The translations under genes were made by a program, and so were the position numbers. 54,380 bases of DNA, from positions 1 through 54,380 of the forward strand of contig SLKS01000311.1 of NCBI GenBank assembly GCA_007134465.1. The letters are read 5' to 3'. Source of the DNA: Kiritimatiellia bacterium. GTDB taxonomy: Bacteria > Verrucomicrobiota > Kiritimatiellia > UBA8416 > SLMC01. Positions within the stretch are counted from its first letter, which is position 1; every line of letters begins with the position of its first letter. Below are positions 17,892-27,710 of this stretch, in pieces. The notes below the pieces were generated by a model. That model was not told the DNA's origin and made no database searches. It saw only the letters and a program-made list of their open reading frames with translations.

Positions 17892-18443
17892 CTAGACTCT
17901 TCTCCTTTTTCTTGACCGACAGCCATTGTGAGGCATGGGGGTCACATCCTTGATTAATGAAACGTTCAATCCCGAAGACTGCAAAGCGCGAATGGCCGAC
18001 TCCCGTCCGGCGCCGGCCCCGCAAACGCGTACCTCGACTTCATGCATGCCTTTGGCAACCGCCTGACGAGCCACATCCTGCCCAACTGTCGTGGCCGCAA
18101 ACGCCGTGCTTTTTCTGGAACCTTTGAAGCCGGCCCGGCCGGCGGTACTCCAGGCAATCACCCCGCCCTGCATATCCGATATGGATACCTGCGTATTGTT
18201 GAAAGTCGCTCGAATGTGAGCGATACCGGAGGATGAGGTTCTCGCCCCGCGTTTCGCGCGAGGTTCCTTGACAACCGGCTCCGGTTCAGACGCACCCGCA
18301 TCCGCCACGCTGCCAGCAGCCTTGTCTGCGGCAGCGGAAGGAGACGCTGTTTCTTCCGTTTCGCTCGGTTGCTTGCCGGAACGAACCTGGGCCGCCTCGT
18401 CGGGCGTCTCCTTGCGTTCGTCCTTGTGTTCTGATTCTGCCAT
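17892..18443 (-). CDS. rpsK: 30S ribosomal protein S11 with a ~54-aa acidic N-terminal extension
   Basis: Core [18 protein letters not shown]...[12 protein letters not shown]...[18 protein letters not shown] 18443 has GGAGG 5 nt upstream. Confidence 0.9.
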   Translation of the reverse strand: MAESEHKDERKETPDEAAQVRSGKQPSETEETASPSAAADKAAGSVADAGASEPEPVVKEPRAKRGARTSSSGIAHIRATFNNTQVSISDMQGGVIAWSTAGRAGFKGSRKSTAFAATTVGQDVARQAVAKGMHEVEVRVCGAGAGRESAIRALQSSGLNVSLIKDVTPMPHNGCRSRKRRRV

Positions 18444-18482
18444 GTTCCCTCCACGATGCGGGCATGCGTTCCTTTGCCCTCG

Positions 18483-18875
18483 CTATTTCTTCATAGCTTG
18501 CCGGGCTGCCTTGTCGCGTACGGCGCCAACCGTTCGCCGCGGACCTTTTCGCGTCCGCGCATTGGTGCTGGTACGCTGACCGCGAACAGGCAGGCCGCGA
18601 CGATGCCGCAACCCCCGATAGCTGCCAATGCTGACCAGTCGCCGAATGTTCTGCGACACTTCCCGCCGCAAATCGCCTTCAACCCGATACCCCTGCAGCA
18701 CACCGAGCAAACTGCGCAATTCGTCCGGCGTCAAATCGTCCGTCTTTTTCGCCGGATCTATTCCGGCCTCGCCCGCAATCGCCCGAGCGCGCGTCAACCC
18801 GACACCGTGCAAATAGCGCAAGGCGTATTCAATGCGTTTCTTCCCCGGAATATCCACCCCTAGAATTCTGGGCAT
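18483..18875 (-). CDS. rpsM: 30S ribosomal protein S13
   Basis: [26 protein letters not shown]....[25 protein letters not shown]. Confidence 0.95.
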   Translation of the reverse strand: MPRILGVDIPGKKRIEYALRYLHGVGLTRARAIAGEAGIDPAKKTDDLTPDELRSLLGVLQGYRVEGDLRREVSQNIRRLVSIGSYRGLRHRRGLPVRGQRTSTNARTRKGPRRTVGAVRDKAARQAMKK

Positions 18876-18894
18876 ACGGTGTTCCCCCTTGACG

Positions 18895-19008
18895 TTAACC
18901 TTGCTTTTGCTTGTGGCGCAAATTGACGCAGACGACGCGCACGACGCCTTTTCGTTTCACAACCTTGCACCGCTCGCAGATGCGCTTGACCGAAGCTCGT
19001 ACTTTCAT
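18895..19008 (-). CDS. rpmJ: 50S ribosomal protein L36 (Zn-binding C-x2-C...C...H form)
   Basis: Not in the track (37 aa). My reverse-strand translation gives [37 protein letters not shown]. Confidence 0.9.
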   Translation of the reverse strand: MKVRASVKRICERCKVVKRKGVVRVVCVNLRHKQKQG

Positions 19009-19089
19009 GGTTTCCCCACGCCTGGAACATCTGGCCAGCAGCTGTTCCCAACCCGATCCTTGCCGTGCGCCCAACCCTTGTGCGCCAAC

Positions 19090-19120
19090 AAAAAACGGGG
19101 TAACCTAAAGGTTTCAACCC
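19090..19120 (-). terminator. weak candidate intrinsic terminator or attenuator after map
   Basis: Minus strand reads GGGTTGAAACC-ttta-GGTTACCCC followed by GTTTTTTG. The stem is imperfect. Confidence 0.25.
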
Positions 19121-19149
19121 GATTAGTCCACAAAAATCTTTTCTATACT

Positions 19150-19896
19150 TTACGCAACGCTCAACACTTCAGCTTCGCCGTTTCGAACAGCCACCATATG
19201 CTCGAAATGGGCCGAACACGTTCTGTCCCTGGTGACGACAGTCCAACCGTCCGCCAGCACTTCGACATCGCAATTCCCCAGATTCAGCATGGGCTCCAGA
19301 CAAAGCGTCATGCCGGCTTTCAGCTTCGGTCCGCGTCCCTTCGCTCCGAAATTCGGAACTTGCGGCTCCTCGTGCATGTCGCGACCGATGCCGTGTCCAA
19401 CGAACTTGCGAACTACCGAACAACCTTGCGCCAACGCCGTTTGTTCGATGGCGTGCGATATGTCGGACACCCGTCCGCGCGCACGCGCCATTTTCACGGC
19501 CGCCTCCAGCGACGATTGCGCCGCACGGACCAATCGCACCACATCGTGATCCGTTACGCCAACCATGACCGTCGTGGCCGTATCTCCGACGTAGCCTTCA
19601 TATCGAACGCCCACATCTATGCTGACAACGTCTCCGAGCCGAATTCGCCGTCGGCCCGGGATGCCGTGGACGACTTCCTCGTTGACCGAAACGCAAATGA
19701 CCCCGGGAAACCCGCGGTACCCGAGAAAAGCGCTTTCGGCGCCCTCGGCTTCGATCAAATCTCTGGCGTATTCGCCCAGCTCGCCCGTTGTTACGCCAGG
19801 CGCTACCGCCTCCGCCAGTTTATTCCTCACACGGGCGGCAATACCGCCGCTTGCTCGGAGTCCCTGCAAATCCTTCGCGGTCTTGATCAGCGCCAT
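19150..19896 (-). CDS. map: type I methionine aminopeptidase
   Basis: MALIKTAKDLQGLRASG...; VVHGIP, GD.VSIDVG, GHGIG...HE.P, EPM...G metal-ligand motifs. Start corrected from 20016. Confidence 0.93.
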   Translation of the reverse strand: MALIKTAKDLQGLRASGGIAARVRNKLAEAVAPGVTTGELGEYARDLIEAEGAESAFLGYRGFPGVICVSVNEEVVHGIPGRRRIRLGDVVSIDVGVRYEGYVGDTATTVMVGVTDHDVVRLVRAAQSSLEAAVKMARARGRVSDISHAIEQTALAQGCSVVRKFVGHGIGRDMHEEPQVPNFGAKGRGPKLKAGMTLCLEPMLNLGNCDVEVLADGWTVVTRDRTCSAHFEHMVAVRNGEAEVLSVA

Positions 19897-19915
19897 AACC
19901 CCTTCGTTTAACTGT

Positions 19916-20572
19916 CTATTCCGGCTGAACGATGCTTGCCACCTCTTCAGCCAATGCGTCGGCGCCTTGCGCCGAATCCACACGCGAGAGCAAGCCGCGT
20001 TTCGTGTACAGATCAATCAGGTCGCTGGTTTGACTGGCATAGACGTCCAGGCGGTTTTCAATGGTTTCCCGATTGTCGTCCGGGCGCTGGTACAGTTCGC
20101 CTCCGCAGGCGTCGCAAACACCCTCCTTGCGGGGAGGAATGTTGCGCACATGGAAATTCATGCCGCATTGGCGGCAAATCCGCCGCCCCGTAAGCCGATC
20201 GATCAGAACATCGCGCGGCGCATCGAGAAACACGACTCGCGCAATGCTGCCGCCCCGGGCCGTCAGACAAGTCTCCAAAAGCCGAGCCTGCGCCGTGGTT
20301 CTCGGGAATCCGTCGAGCAAGTACAGGGTTGCCGCAGCGCCTTCGTCCAAGCGATCCTCCACGAGGCGGACCATCACATCGTCGGGGACCAGCTCTCCTT
20401 TTTTCATGCAGGCGTCGGCCTCGCGCCCGGTCGGCGTTCCGGCCTGCACGGCGGCTCTGAGCATGTCGCCCGTCGAAAGATGCACGGCACCGAGCCGGTC
20501 CCTGATTTTTTCCGCCGTCGTTCCCTTGCCCGATCCGGGCGCTCCCAGCAGCACAATTATCCTTATCGCCAT
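19916..20572 (-). CDS. adk: adenylate kinase (4-Cys lid)
   Basis: MAIRIIVLLGAPGSGKGT P-loop. Lid CRQCG...CDACGG. This is only the last 218 codons of the 551-aa track ORF. The remainder is an out-of-frame read through secY. Confidence 0.93.
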   Translation of the reverse strand: MAIRIIVLLGAPGSGKGTTAEKIRDRLGAVHLSTGDMLRAAVQAGTPTGREADACMKKGELVPDDVMVRLVEDRLDEGAAATLYLLDGFPRTTAQARLLETCLTARGGSIARVVFLDAPRDVLIDRLTGRRICRQCGMNFHVRNIPPRKEGVCDACGGELYQRPDDNRETIENRLDVYASQTSDLIDLYTKRGLLSRVDSAQGADALAEEVASIVQPE

Positions 20573-20586
20573 AGTGCCCTCTTTCC

Positions 20587-21948
20587 CTAACGCCTCGAGC
20601 GCAATTTTCCTTTTCGCAAGAAACCGTCGTAATGCCGCATGAGCAAATGGGATTCGACCTGGCGCATGGTATCCAGCGCGACGCCGACAATAATCAGCAG
20701 GCTTGTGCCTCCAAAAAAGGTCGCCACCTGCCAAGGCACTTCCATGACCTTGGCTAAAACAGAAGGAATAATGGCGATGACGGTAAGGAACACTGCGCCT
20801 GCCAAGGTAATTCTCGACATGGTACGATCCAGGAAATCTGCCGTGGGCCGCCCCGGCCGTATGCCTGGCACGTACCCTCCGTTCCGCTTCAGATCGTCCG
20901 CGATTTGAACAGGATTGAATTGGGTCGCCACCCAGAAATAGGAGAAGAACAGTATAAGCAATCCGTAGGCGATCAGATAGAGCGGTTCGCCCATGCCCAT
21001 GGCAGCGGCCAGTCTCTGGAAAAACCATCCCCACGAGTGCGGAATGCGTCTCAGGAGCATAACGGGAAACATCAGCAGCGCCGAAGCGAAGATGATGGGC
21101 ATCACGCCCGAATAGTTCACTCGCAGTGGCATGTAGGTGTTCTGTCCCCCGTACACTTTTCGCCCGACAACGCGCTTGGTGGTGTGAATCGGCACGCGCC
21201 GCTGCCCTTGCGTCAAGGCGACCGTTCCGGCCGTCACCGCAAGAAACATCAGCACGAGCCCTGCCAGATGGAAAATGTCGAAGTGCGCCACGCCGCCCAC
21301 CTGCTGGAATCGGCCGGCAAGCGCAAAGATCGCAGCCGGCAGCCCGCTGACGATGTTTACCGTGATAATAAGCGAAATGCCGTTGCCGATGCCGTATTCG
21401 GTAATTTGCTCGCCCAGCCACATGATCAGCATGGCGCCAGTGGTCATGGACAGCACGGTCATCAGGCGGAAGGGCCACCCCGGCACGTCGACAAGAGGAG
21501 GATCGGCAGGCATTCCGAACGCACCGGGTTTTTCGAGGGCCATGGCCATGGTCAATGCCTGCACAATGCAAATGCCGATGGTCAAATAGCGGGTGATCTG
21601 CGTGAGCTTCTGACGTCCGGTATCGCCTTCGCGCGCCATGCGTTCCAGAGAAGGAACGACGGCCGTCATCAGTTGCAGGATAATGGATGCGCTGATGTAG
21701 GGCATGATGCCCAGCGCCCCCACCGCCACATTGCGAAGCGCGCCGCCGCTGAACAAATCGAGCATGGGCAGGAACCCGCCGCCGACATCGCTTTCAATGT
21801 TTCGGATCGCGAGCTGCAAGGCTGACGGATTGACCCCCGGCGTCGGCACGCTGGCGACAATGCGGCAGATGAACATGAGTCCGAAAGCGAAGAGAAGGCG
21901 CCGTCTCAGTTCAGGAATCTTGAACGAATTGACAAAAGCCGAAAACAT
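20587..21948 (-). CDS. secY: preprotein translocase subunit SecY
   Basis: 453 aa. IPELRRRLLFAFGLMFICR....P.PG. Confidence 0.95.
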   Translation of the reverse strand: MFSAFVNSFKIPELRRRLLFAFGLMFICRIVASVPTPGVNPSALQLAIRNIESDVGGGFLPMLDLFSGGALRNVAVGALGIMPYISASIILQLMTAVVPSLERMAREGDTGRQKLTQITRYLTIGICIVQALTMAMALEKPGAFGMPADPPLVDVPGWPFRLMTVLSMTTGAMLIMWLGEQITEYGIGNGISLIITVNIVSGLPAAIFALAGRFQQVGGVAHFDIFHLAGLVLMFLAVTAGTVALTQGQRRVPIHTTKRVVGRKVYGGQNTYMPLRVNYSGVMPIIFASALLMFPVMLLRRIPHSWGWFFQRLAAAMGMGEPLYLIAYGLLILFFSYFWVATQFNPVQIADDLKRNGGYVPGIRPGRPTADFLDRTMSRITLAGAVFLTVIAIIPSVLAKVMEVPWQVATFFGGTSLLIIVGVALDTMRQVESHLLMRHYDGFLRKGKLRSRR

Positions 21949-22400
21949 CAGAGTTCCACTGTTTCACATGCGCCGCCTGCCGCCTCGATCTTCAGGCGGG
22001 CCTGCGCGCTGAATGCCTGCGCTTTCACAACAAGCCGGGTTTTGACATCTCCGAATCCAAGCGCCTTGATCGGAACAGGCCTGCGTGAACAGGCCATGAG
22101 CCCTTTCTCGGTCAGCGCTTCGCGATCCACCGTGGCTCCATCCGGAAAAACGGAAAGGTCTCCGACGTTGACCACCGCAAACACGGTTTTCTCGGAGCGA
22201 ACAAAGCCGCGTTTCGGAACGCGGCGCACCAGGCGCATTTGACCGCCCTCGAATCCGATCTTGCGCTTGTGTCCCTTCCTCGCCATTTGGCCCTTGTGGC
22301 CTTTGCCACAGGTTTTTCCGGAACCCGAGCCCATGCCGCGTCCCACTCTGTTCCGCCGTCGCCGCGCGGACCCACTCTTTCCCATGCCATGCAGATTCAT
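21948..22400 (-). CDS. rplO: 50S ribosomal protein L15
   Basis: MNLHGMGKSGSARRRRNRVGRGMGSGSGKTCGKGHKGQ.AR. Start corrected from 22514. Its stop overlaps the secY ATG by 1 nt. Confidence 0.92.
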   Translation of the reverse strand: MNLHGMGKSGSARRRRNRVGRGMGSGSGKTCGKGHKGQMARKGHKRKIGFEGGQMRLVRRVPKRGFVRSEKTVFAVVNVGDLSVFPDGATVDREALTEKGLMACSRRPVPIKALGFGDVKTRLVVKAQAFSAQARLKIEAAGGACETVEL

Positions 22401-22434
22401 GAAAAGCGTCTCCCCCGTTCTTTTCGTGTCGGAG

Positions 22435-22920
22435 TCACGCGCTTCTGCGCATTGTTTCGATTTCGCTTTTGGACCGCATCGTTTCCAGCGCCTTGATCGT
22501 CGCCTTGACGACATTCAGCTTGTTGGCGCTTCCCAGCGACTTGCCCAGAACGTCGCGATAGCCAGCGGCTTCAAGAACAGCCCGCATGCCGCCGCCCGCA
22601 ATGACGCCGGTACCCGGGGCAGCGGGCTTGATCAGGACTTTGGCGCCGGAATATTCGGCCAGCGCCTCGTGCGGAACGGTGCGGTCCTTCATCGTAACCT
22701 TAAACAGGCTCTTTCGCGCCATGCTGCCCCCCTTGCGGATGGCGTCGGCAACTTCGTTCGCCTTGCCGAATCCGAACCCGACACGTCCCGTCCGGTCGCC
22801 GGCGACAACCACGGCGCTAAAGCTGAATCGGCGGCCGCCCTTGACCACCTTGGAACAGCGGTTCACAAATACCACGCGCTCTTCCATTTCCGCGCTTGCA
22901 GCGTTTCTTTCCGAACTCAC
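22435..22920 (-). CDS. rpsE: 30S ribosomal protein S5
   Basis: RVVFVNRCSKVVKGGRRFSFSAVVVAGD..GRVGFGFGKA.EV..AI.K. Confidence 0.95.
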   Translation of the reverse strand: MSSERNAASAEMEERVVFVNRCSKVVKGGRRFSFSAVVVAGDRTGRVGFGFGKANEVADAIRKGGSMARKSLFKVTMKDRTVPHEALAEYSGAKVLIKPAAPGTGVIAGGGMRAVLEAAGYRDVLGKSLGSANKLNVVKATIKALETMRSKSEIETMRRSA

Positions 22921-23324
22921 TTTGCCTCCTTGTCGCCCGTCGTTTTCGGATCTGCGGGCTCAGGCGCTGTTGCCGATCCCGCGCGCAGTCCGGAAGCCAT
23001 GGCGCCTTCGACGATCGCTTTGATTCGGCCATGGTACTTGAAGCCTCCGCGATCCACAACCACGTCGCGAACTCCCTTTTCCACAATGGCAATTCCAGCC
23101 CGTTCGCCAAGCTTTCTGGCTCCCTCCACGTTCTTAGGTTCGCGATCTGGCGCGCTGGTCGCCGCAGCAATCGTTTCCCCTCGCTCGTCGTCAATGAATT
23201 GCACGGTCATGCGCTTACGCGAAACGGACAAGGCCATACGGGGCCTGTCAGCGGTCCCGGAAATCTTTTTTCTGATCCGCCGATGCCGATGTCGTCTGGC
23301 CTCGGTTCTCGACAATACGCTCAT
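22917..23324 (-). CDS. rplR: 50S ribosomal protein L18
   Basis: MSVLSRTEARRHRHRRIRKKISGTADRPR..V..S.K....Q.ID. GGGAGG SD. Start corrected from 23459. 4-nt overlap with rpsE. Confidence 0.92.
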   Translation of the reverse strand: MSVLSRTEARRHRHRRIRKKISGTADRPRMALSVSRKRMTVQFIDDERGETIAAATSAPDREPKNVEGARKLGERAGIAIVEKGVRDVVVDRGGFKYHGRIKAIVEGAMASGLRAGSATAPEPADPKTTGDKEAK

Positions 23325-23349
23325 GCTGCCTGCCTCCCGCCGTTCGCCG

Positions 23350-23886
23350 CTAGGCGACCTTTTTACCCGCTTTCCGCCGCACGGATTCGCCGCGATAGCG
23401 TATGCCCTTGCCCTTGTACGGCTCGACCGGGTAGAACGAGCGAATCTTCGCCGCCGCATCGCCTACCTTCGCCTTGTCCAGTCCCGACACCGTCAAGACC
23501 GTTCCCCCTTCAACAACAACCGATACGCCATCGGGCACGGAATATTCGACAGGCTTGGGAAAGCCGAGATTCATCAGAAGCAAGGCGCCTCGCACTTCGG
23601 CGTTGAACCCGACCCCCTGTATTTCCAAGACCTTGACGAAGCCCTCGCTGACACCCACGCACATGTTTTGGATCAGGGTGCGAATCAGCCCATGCGCGCT
23701 CTTGGCTTCGCGCGACTGATCGTCCCGAACAACCCGAACCACGCCCTGCTCCACGATCAAGCCGATTTTCGGCGGCAAATCGAGAGAAAGAGAGCCTTTC
23801 GCGCCCTGCACCTCCACGCGCCCGGCTTCGACTTTAACCTCGACACCCCGAGGCGTTTCCAATGGTTTTTGTCCTGTTCGCGACAC
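23350..23886 (-). CDS. rplF: 50S ribosomal protein L6
   Basis: MSRTGQKPLETPRGVEVKV....V.V.G.KG.L. Confidence 0.95.
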   Translation of the reverse strand: MSRTGQKPLETPRGVEVKVEAGRVEVQGAKGSLSLDLPPKIGLIVEQGVVRVVRDDQSREAKSAHGLIRTLIQNMCVGVSEGFVKVLEIQGVGFNAEVRGALLLMNLGFPKPVEYSVPDGVSVVVEGGTVLTVSGLDKAKVGDAAAKIRSFYPVEPYKGKGIRYRGESVRRKAGKKVA

Positions 23887-23913
23887 GCTTCAGACTCCTT
23901 GCATTTCCATTCA

Positions 23914-24309
23914 CTACCAAACGGTGCAGATCAGCTCGCCGCCCACTTTGTTCCGCCGGGCTTCGGCATCCGTCATAACGCCTTTCGATGTGCTCAAAAT
24001 AGCCACCCCCATACCGCCGAACACACGCGGAATATCGTTGGCGGACACATAGCGCCGCCAGCCCGGACGGCTCTGGCGCTTCAGACCGCGAATGACAGGC
24101 TCGTTTTCTTCGGCGTATTTCAAGTAGATCCGAAGGGTCTTGCTCTGTCCGCCTTCGACCCGGTAATTCACGATATAGCCTTCCTTCTTGAGAATTCTGG
24201 CCACTTCACCCTTGAAACGGGAATGCGGCATGTCCGCGGCTTCGTGCCCCGCCATGTGGGCGTTTCTGATCCGTGTCAACATGTCGGAAATCGGGTCGGT
24301 GCAACTCAT
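23914..24309 (-). CDS. rpsH: 30S ribosomal protein S8
   Basis: DPISDMLTRIRNA........GGE.ICTVW. Confidence 0.95.
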   Translation of the reverse strand: MSCTDPISDMLTRIRNAHMAGHEAADMPHSRFKGEVARILKKEGYIVNYRVEGGQSKTLRIYLKYAEENEPVIRGLKRQSRPGWRRYVSANDIPRVFGGMGVAILSTSKGVMTDAEARRNKVGGELICTVW

Positions 24310-24338
24310 GCCATCTCCTTATGCCGGAACCATGCCGG

Positions 24339-24524
24339 CTACCAACTGGCCTTGACGACGCCCGGAATGCGCCCCTCGAGCGCCGCTTCCCGGAAGCAAA
24401 TTCTACACAGCATGAACTTGCGCATGAACGCTCTGCGCCTTCCGCAACGGCTGCAACGATTGTATTGACGCGCCGCGTATTTCGGCGCGCGCTTCGATTT
24501 GGCGATCCAGGACTTCTTGGCCAC
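24339..24524 (-). CDS. rpsN: 30S ribosomal protein S14, short zinc-binding type (type Z)
   Basis: 61 aa. CSRCGR...CRIC, ending ...G.IPGV.KASW. Confidence 0.93.
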   Translation of the reverse strand: MAKKSWIAKSKRAPKYAARQYNRCSRCGRRRAFMRKFMLCRICFREAALEGRIPGVVKASW

Positions 24525-24536
24525 GGTTTCCTCCGG

Positions 24537-25079
24537 CTAATTCTTGCTGAACGGCATGCCGAACAGTTTCAAAAGATTGCGGGCTACATCGTCGGAATTC
24601 GCGCTGGTGACAATGACAACATCCATTCCCTGGCCTCCCCCGGCCACGCGATTGGGATCGATCTCCGGGAAGATGTCCACATCCCGCAATCCGATCGAAT
24701 AATTGCCTCGTCCATCGAAACTGCGGGGCGACAGCCCGCGGAAGTCGCGAATTCTGGGCAGCGCCGCGTTAATCAGGCGATCCAGAAATTCGTACATTCT
24801 GGCGCCGCGCAAGGTGATTTTCGCGCCCAGATTCATACCTTCGCGCACCTTGAAGTTGGAAATGCTCTTGCGGGCTTTCGTCACGACCGGACGCTGCCCC
24901 GTAATGGCGGCCAAATCCTTCAGGCGCGCCTCGAAAGCATTCTTGTCCGCGATGCCAATGCCCATGTTGACCACGATCTTGACAAGCGCGGGCGCTTGCA
25001 TGGCATGGGCCAGCCCCATTTCCTTCATCATCTGGGGAACAATTTCTTTTCTGTATTTTTCACGCAATTTCGCTGTCAT
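24537..25079 (-). CDS. rplE: 50S ribosomal protein L5
   Basis: MTAKLREKYRKEIVPQMMKEMGL.....P.L.KIVVNMG.G. Start corrected from 25142. Confidence 0.93.
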   Translation of the reverse strand: MTAKLREKYRKEIVPQMMKEMGLAHAMQAPALVKIVVNMGIGIADKNAFEARLKDLAAITGQRPVVTKARKSISNFKVREGMNLGAKITLRGARMYEFLDRLINAALPRIRDFRGLSPRSFDGRGNYSIGLRDVDIFPEIDPNRVAGGGQGMDVVIVTSANSDDVARNLLKLFGMPFSKN

Positions 25080-25086
25080 CGTATGC

Positions 25087-25407
25087 CTACCCGTCGAACG
25101 AATGCCGACACGCGCGGCAGCGGCGAACTGACCGCTTGCCATCCTTTTCCTTACCGATCTTCACGCCTTTTTTACACGAGGGGCAATAGGGCATGAGATT
25201 GGACAAGTCCAACGCCGCGTCCTTTTGCACGAAACCGCCTTGCGGATGGTCCTGGCTTTTGCGCAGCGTCTTCCGCACGGGGTTCACCCCTTCGACAATG
25301 GCGCGCCCTCGCGTTCGCATCACCTGCAAAACTTTGCCTGTCTTGCCTGCCGAAGCGCCGGCAATCGCGATCACTACGTCGTTTTTTCTGATTCTTGGTA
25401 CGCTCAT
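25087..25407 (-). CDS. rplX: 50S ribosomal protein L24 (C-terminal CxxC...CxxC variant)
   Basis: RIRKNDVVIAIAGASAGKTGKVLQV.....IVEGVN. The C-terminus is YCPSCKKGVKIGKEKDGKRSVRRCRACRHSFDG. Confidence 0.93.
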   Translation of the reverse strand: MSVPRIRKNDVVIAIAGASAGKTGKVLQVMRTRGRAIVEGVNPVRKTLRKSQDHPQGGFVQKDAALDLSNLMPYCPSCKKGVKIGKEKDGKRSVRRCRACRHSFDG

Positions 25408-25416
25408 CGTCCGTTC

Positions 25417-25782
25417 CTACAAGACCTCGGGCGCCAGGGAAACAACCTTGGCGCAATTCTTCTCGCGCAACTCTCTGGCAACCGGCCCCAAAACTCTCGA
25501 TCCGATCGGGTTTCGGTTTTCGTCCACCAGCACCACGGCATTGTTGTCGAAGCGCACGCACGATCCGTCCTTCCGGCGGATCGCGTGGCGCGTGCGCACG
25601 ATCAGTCCCGTGCACACTTGCCCGGCTTTAACAATGCCGCCGGGTTGAGCCTCTTTTACGGAGACCTTGATCAGATCCCCGATATGCGCGTATCGCTTGC
25701 GCTGACCCAGCACGCGGAAACAACACACGCGTCGCGCGCCGCTGTTGTCCGCCACCGCCAGATTGGTCTGTTCGGCTATCAT
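25417..25782 (-). CDS. rplN: 50S ribosomal protein L14
   Basis: [17 protein letters not shown]...C..VLG......IGD.I.VSVK.A. Confidence 0.95.
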   Translation of the reverse strand: MIAEQTNLAVADNSGARRVCCFRVLGQRKRYAHIGDLIKVSVKEAQPGGIVKAGQVCTGLIVRTRHAIRRKDGSCVRFDNNAVVLVDENRNPIGSRVLGPVARELREKNCAKVVSLAPEVL

Positions 25783-26054
25783 TGGCTTTTCCCCGCAATT
25801 TCCAGAAGTCGCCAGCGCTTCATTTTGCTCAACGGCCGCGTTTCCATGATCATGACGCGGTCGCCAGCCGCCGCTTCGTTCTTTTCGTCATGAACATGAA
25901 GATTGGCGGAGTAGCGCACTACCTTGCCGTACAAGGGGTGGCGTTTCTTGCGCTCCACGCGGACGATCACGGTCTTGTCGCCGCTTCGCCGCAACACCAC
26001 GCCTTTTCGCCTTCGCCTGGCGGCCCTCTCTGCGTTTCCCGCACGCTCAGTCAT
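25779..26054 (-). CDS. rpsQ: 30S ribosomal protein S17
   Basis: [23 protein letters not shown]...HVHDE.N....GD.V.I.ETRPLSK.K.W. Confidence 0.93.
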   Translation of the reverse strand: MTERAGNAERAARRRRKGVVLRRSGDKTVIVRVERKKRHPLYGKVVRYSANLHVHDEKNEAAAGDRVMIMETRPLSKMKRWRLLEIAGKSQ

Positions 26055-26248
26055 TCCGAAATCCCCCGTTCTTTCACAATTGTTTCCGCGCGCGCGACAT
26101 CGCGTCGGACCGAGCGCAGCAGCAACGGCTGCTCCGACGAGTCGCCCGCGCCCTTTTTGATTCGCAAATCGAAAAGCTTCTTCCGAAGACTGTCGCGTTC
26201 CTGCAAAAGTTCATCGTTGCTCAAATCCCGCAAGGCGGAAGCTTTCAT
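26051..26248 (-). CDS. rpmC: 50S ribosomal protein L29
   Basis: 65 aa. MKASALRDLSNDELLQERDSLRKKLFDLR. Confidence 0.9.
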   Translation of the reverse strand: MKASALRDLSNDELLQERDSLRKKLFDLRIKKGAGDSSEQPLLLRSVRRDVARAETIVKERGISE

Positions 26249-26260
26249 GGCAGTTCTCCG

Positions 26261-26671
26261 TCAGTGCCGCGCAATCAGTTGAGTGGGGAGGCCCAGTTTG
26301 GCGTCGGCCAGCCGCAACGATTCGCGAGCGACCATTTCCGGAACGCCTGCGATCTCGAAGAGAACCATGCCCGGCTTCACGACCGCCACCCAGTGATCCG
26401 GAGCTCCTTTCCCCTTGCCCATTCTGACTTCGATCGGCTTTTTCGTCACAGGCTTGTCCGGAAATATTCTGATCCAGAGCTTGCCCTTGCGCTTCATGTG
26501 ACGGTTGATCGCCACACGACACGCTTCGATCTGCACGCTTTTCACCCAGCCACGGCCCAGCGATTTCAACCCGTATTCGCCAAAACTCAAACGGGTTTTC
26601 GACCGTGCGGTTCCCCGGCGGCTTCCGCGTTGCACTTTCCGATACTTGACCCTTTTAGGCATTAGCGGCAT
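26261..26671 (-). CDS. rplP: 50S ribosomal protein L16
   Basis: [21 protein letters not shown]. The start is 26671, or 26662 (MPKR). Either one overlaps the rpsC 3' end. Track start 26725 is too far upstream. Confidence 0.92.
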   Translation of the reverse strand: MPLMPKRVKYRKVQRGSRRGTARSKTRLSFGEYGLKSLGRGWVKSVQIEACRVAINRHMKRKGKLWIRIFPDKPVTKKPIEVRMGKGKGAPDHWVAVVKPGMVLFEIAGVPEMVARESLRLADAKLGLPTQLIARH

Positions 26672-27329
26672 GATATACGCCCCTGTTTCCCGTCGGCTTG
26701 CCGCCGGTCTGTTCCTTAGGCACAATCCAAACTTTTATGCCGATCCTTCCCGCCGTCGTGGCCGATTCGGCAAAACCATAGTCAATGGCGGCCCGGAGCG
26801 TGTGCAAGGGTATCTTTCCGTTCTTGTACCACTCCACACGCGCGATTTCCGCTCCGCCCAGTCGTCCTCCGGCTCGTATCTTGATGCCTTCCACGCCCAT
26901 GTCCATCGCCGTTTGCATGGCCCGTTTCATGGCGCGACGCAACGATACGCGCCGAGCCACTTGCAGGGCGATGTTCTCGGCCACCAGCTGGGCGTTCGTG
27001 TCGGCATTGCGTATTTCCTTGATTTCAACATAGATTTCCTTGCCGGTCACCTTCACCAATTCCTCGCGAATGCGATCGATTTCCTGACCCTTGTGTCCGA
27101 TGACGTAGCCGGGTCGCGCCGTGAACACGTTCACGCGCACCCGGTTGGCATAGCGTTCGATCGTTACGCCGGGAACAGCCGCGTTTTCGAGGCGCTTCTT
27201 GACGATGCCCCGGATAACCGTATCCTCCGCGAGCAGGCTTCCGAAGCTTCTCTTGTCGGCGAACCATCGGGATCGCCAGTTCTTATCGACCGCTACACGC
27301 AGTCCCGTTGGATGTACCTTCTGGCCCAA
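26655..27329 (-). CDS. rpsC: 30S ribosomal protein S3
   Basis: [12 protein letters not shown].....W.S.WFA. Confidence 0.95.
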   Translation of the reverse strand: MGQKVHPTGLRVAVDKNWRSRWFADKRSFGSLLAEDTVIRGIVKKRLENAAVPGVTIERYANRVRVNVFTARPGYVIGHKGQEIDRIREELVKVTGKEIYVEIKEIRNADTNAQLVAENIALQVARRVSLRRAMKRAMQTAMDMGVEGIKIRAGGRLGGAEIARVEWYKNGKIPLHTLRAAIDYGFAESATTAGRIGIKVWIVPKEQTGGKPTGNRGVYHAANA

Positions 27330-27341
27330 AGCGCTACTCCT

Positions 27342-27698
27342 TTATTCTTGCGGTTCCCGACTTTCCGTGCCGTCGGTCAATACGACTGTCAAATGGGCCA
27401 TACGCTTTCGTATGGGTCGTACGCCGCCGCGCGCGCGCGCCCAAAAACGTTTCATTCTCGGCCCTTCGTCTACGACGGCCCGCTTGACAATCAGGCCGTT
27501 CACATCCAGCTTGGCGTTGTTTTCGGCATTGGCAATGGCCGACTTGAGCGTTTTGCCCAGAAGCCGGGCGGATTTCCGGTCGCAGTGTCCGGTAACATCC
27601 AGCGCTTCCGACACCGGACGCCCCTGAATGCGCCGCGCCAAGTCTCGCGCTTTCGAGGGCGACAATCTGACAAATCTTGTTCGGGCTTGCACGTCCAT
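27342..27698 (-). CDS. rplV: 50S ribosomal protein L22
   Basis: 118 aa. RFVRLSPSKARDLARRIQGRPVSEAL..........K.L.SA.ANAE.N. Confidence 0.93.
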   Translation of the reverse strand: MDVQARTRFVRLSPSKARDLARRIQGRPVSEALDVTGHCDRKSARLLGKTLKSAIANAENNAKLDVNGLIVKRAVVDEGPRMKRFWARARGGVRPIRKRMAHLTVVLTDGTESREPQE

Positions 27699-27710
27699 GA
27701 TGGCCCCTGC

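Noticed and set aside
20573-21571. The 551-aa ORF 19916..21571(-) looks like one large protein.
   Set aside because: Only its last 218 codons are adenylate kinase. The upstream part is an alternative frame of secY (20587..21948), which has a clear SecY translation.
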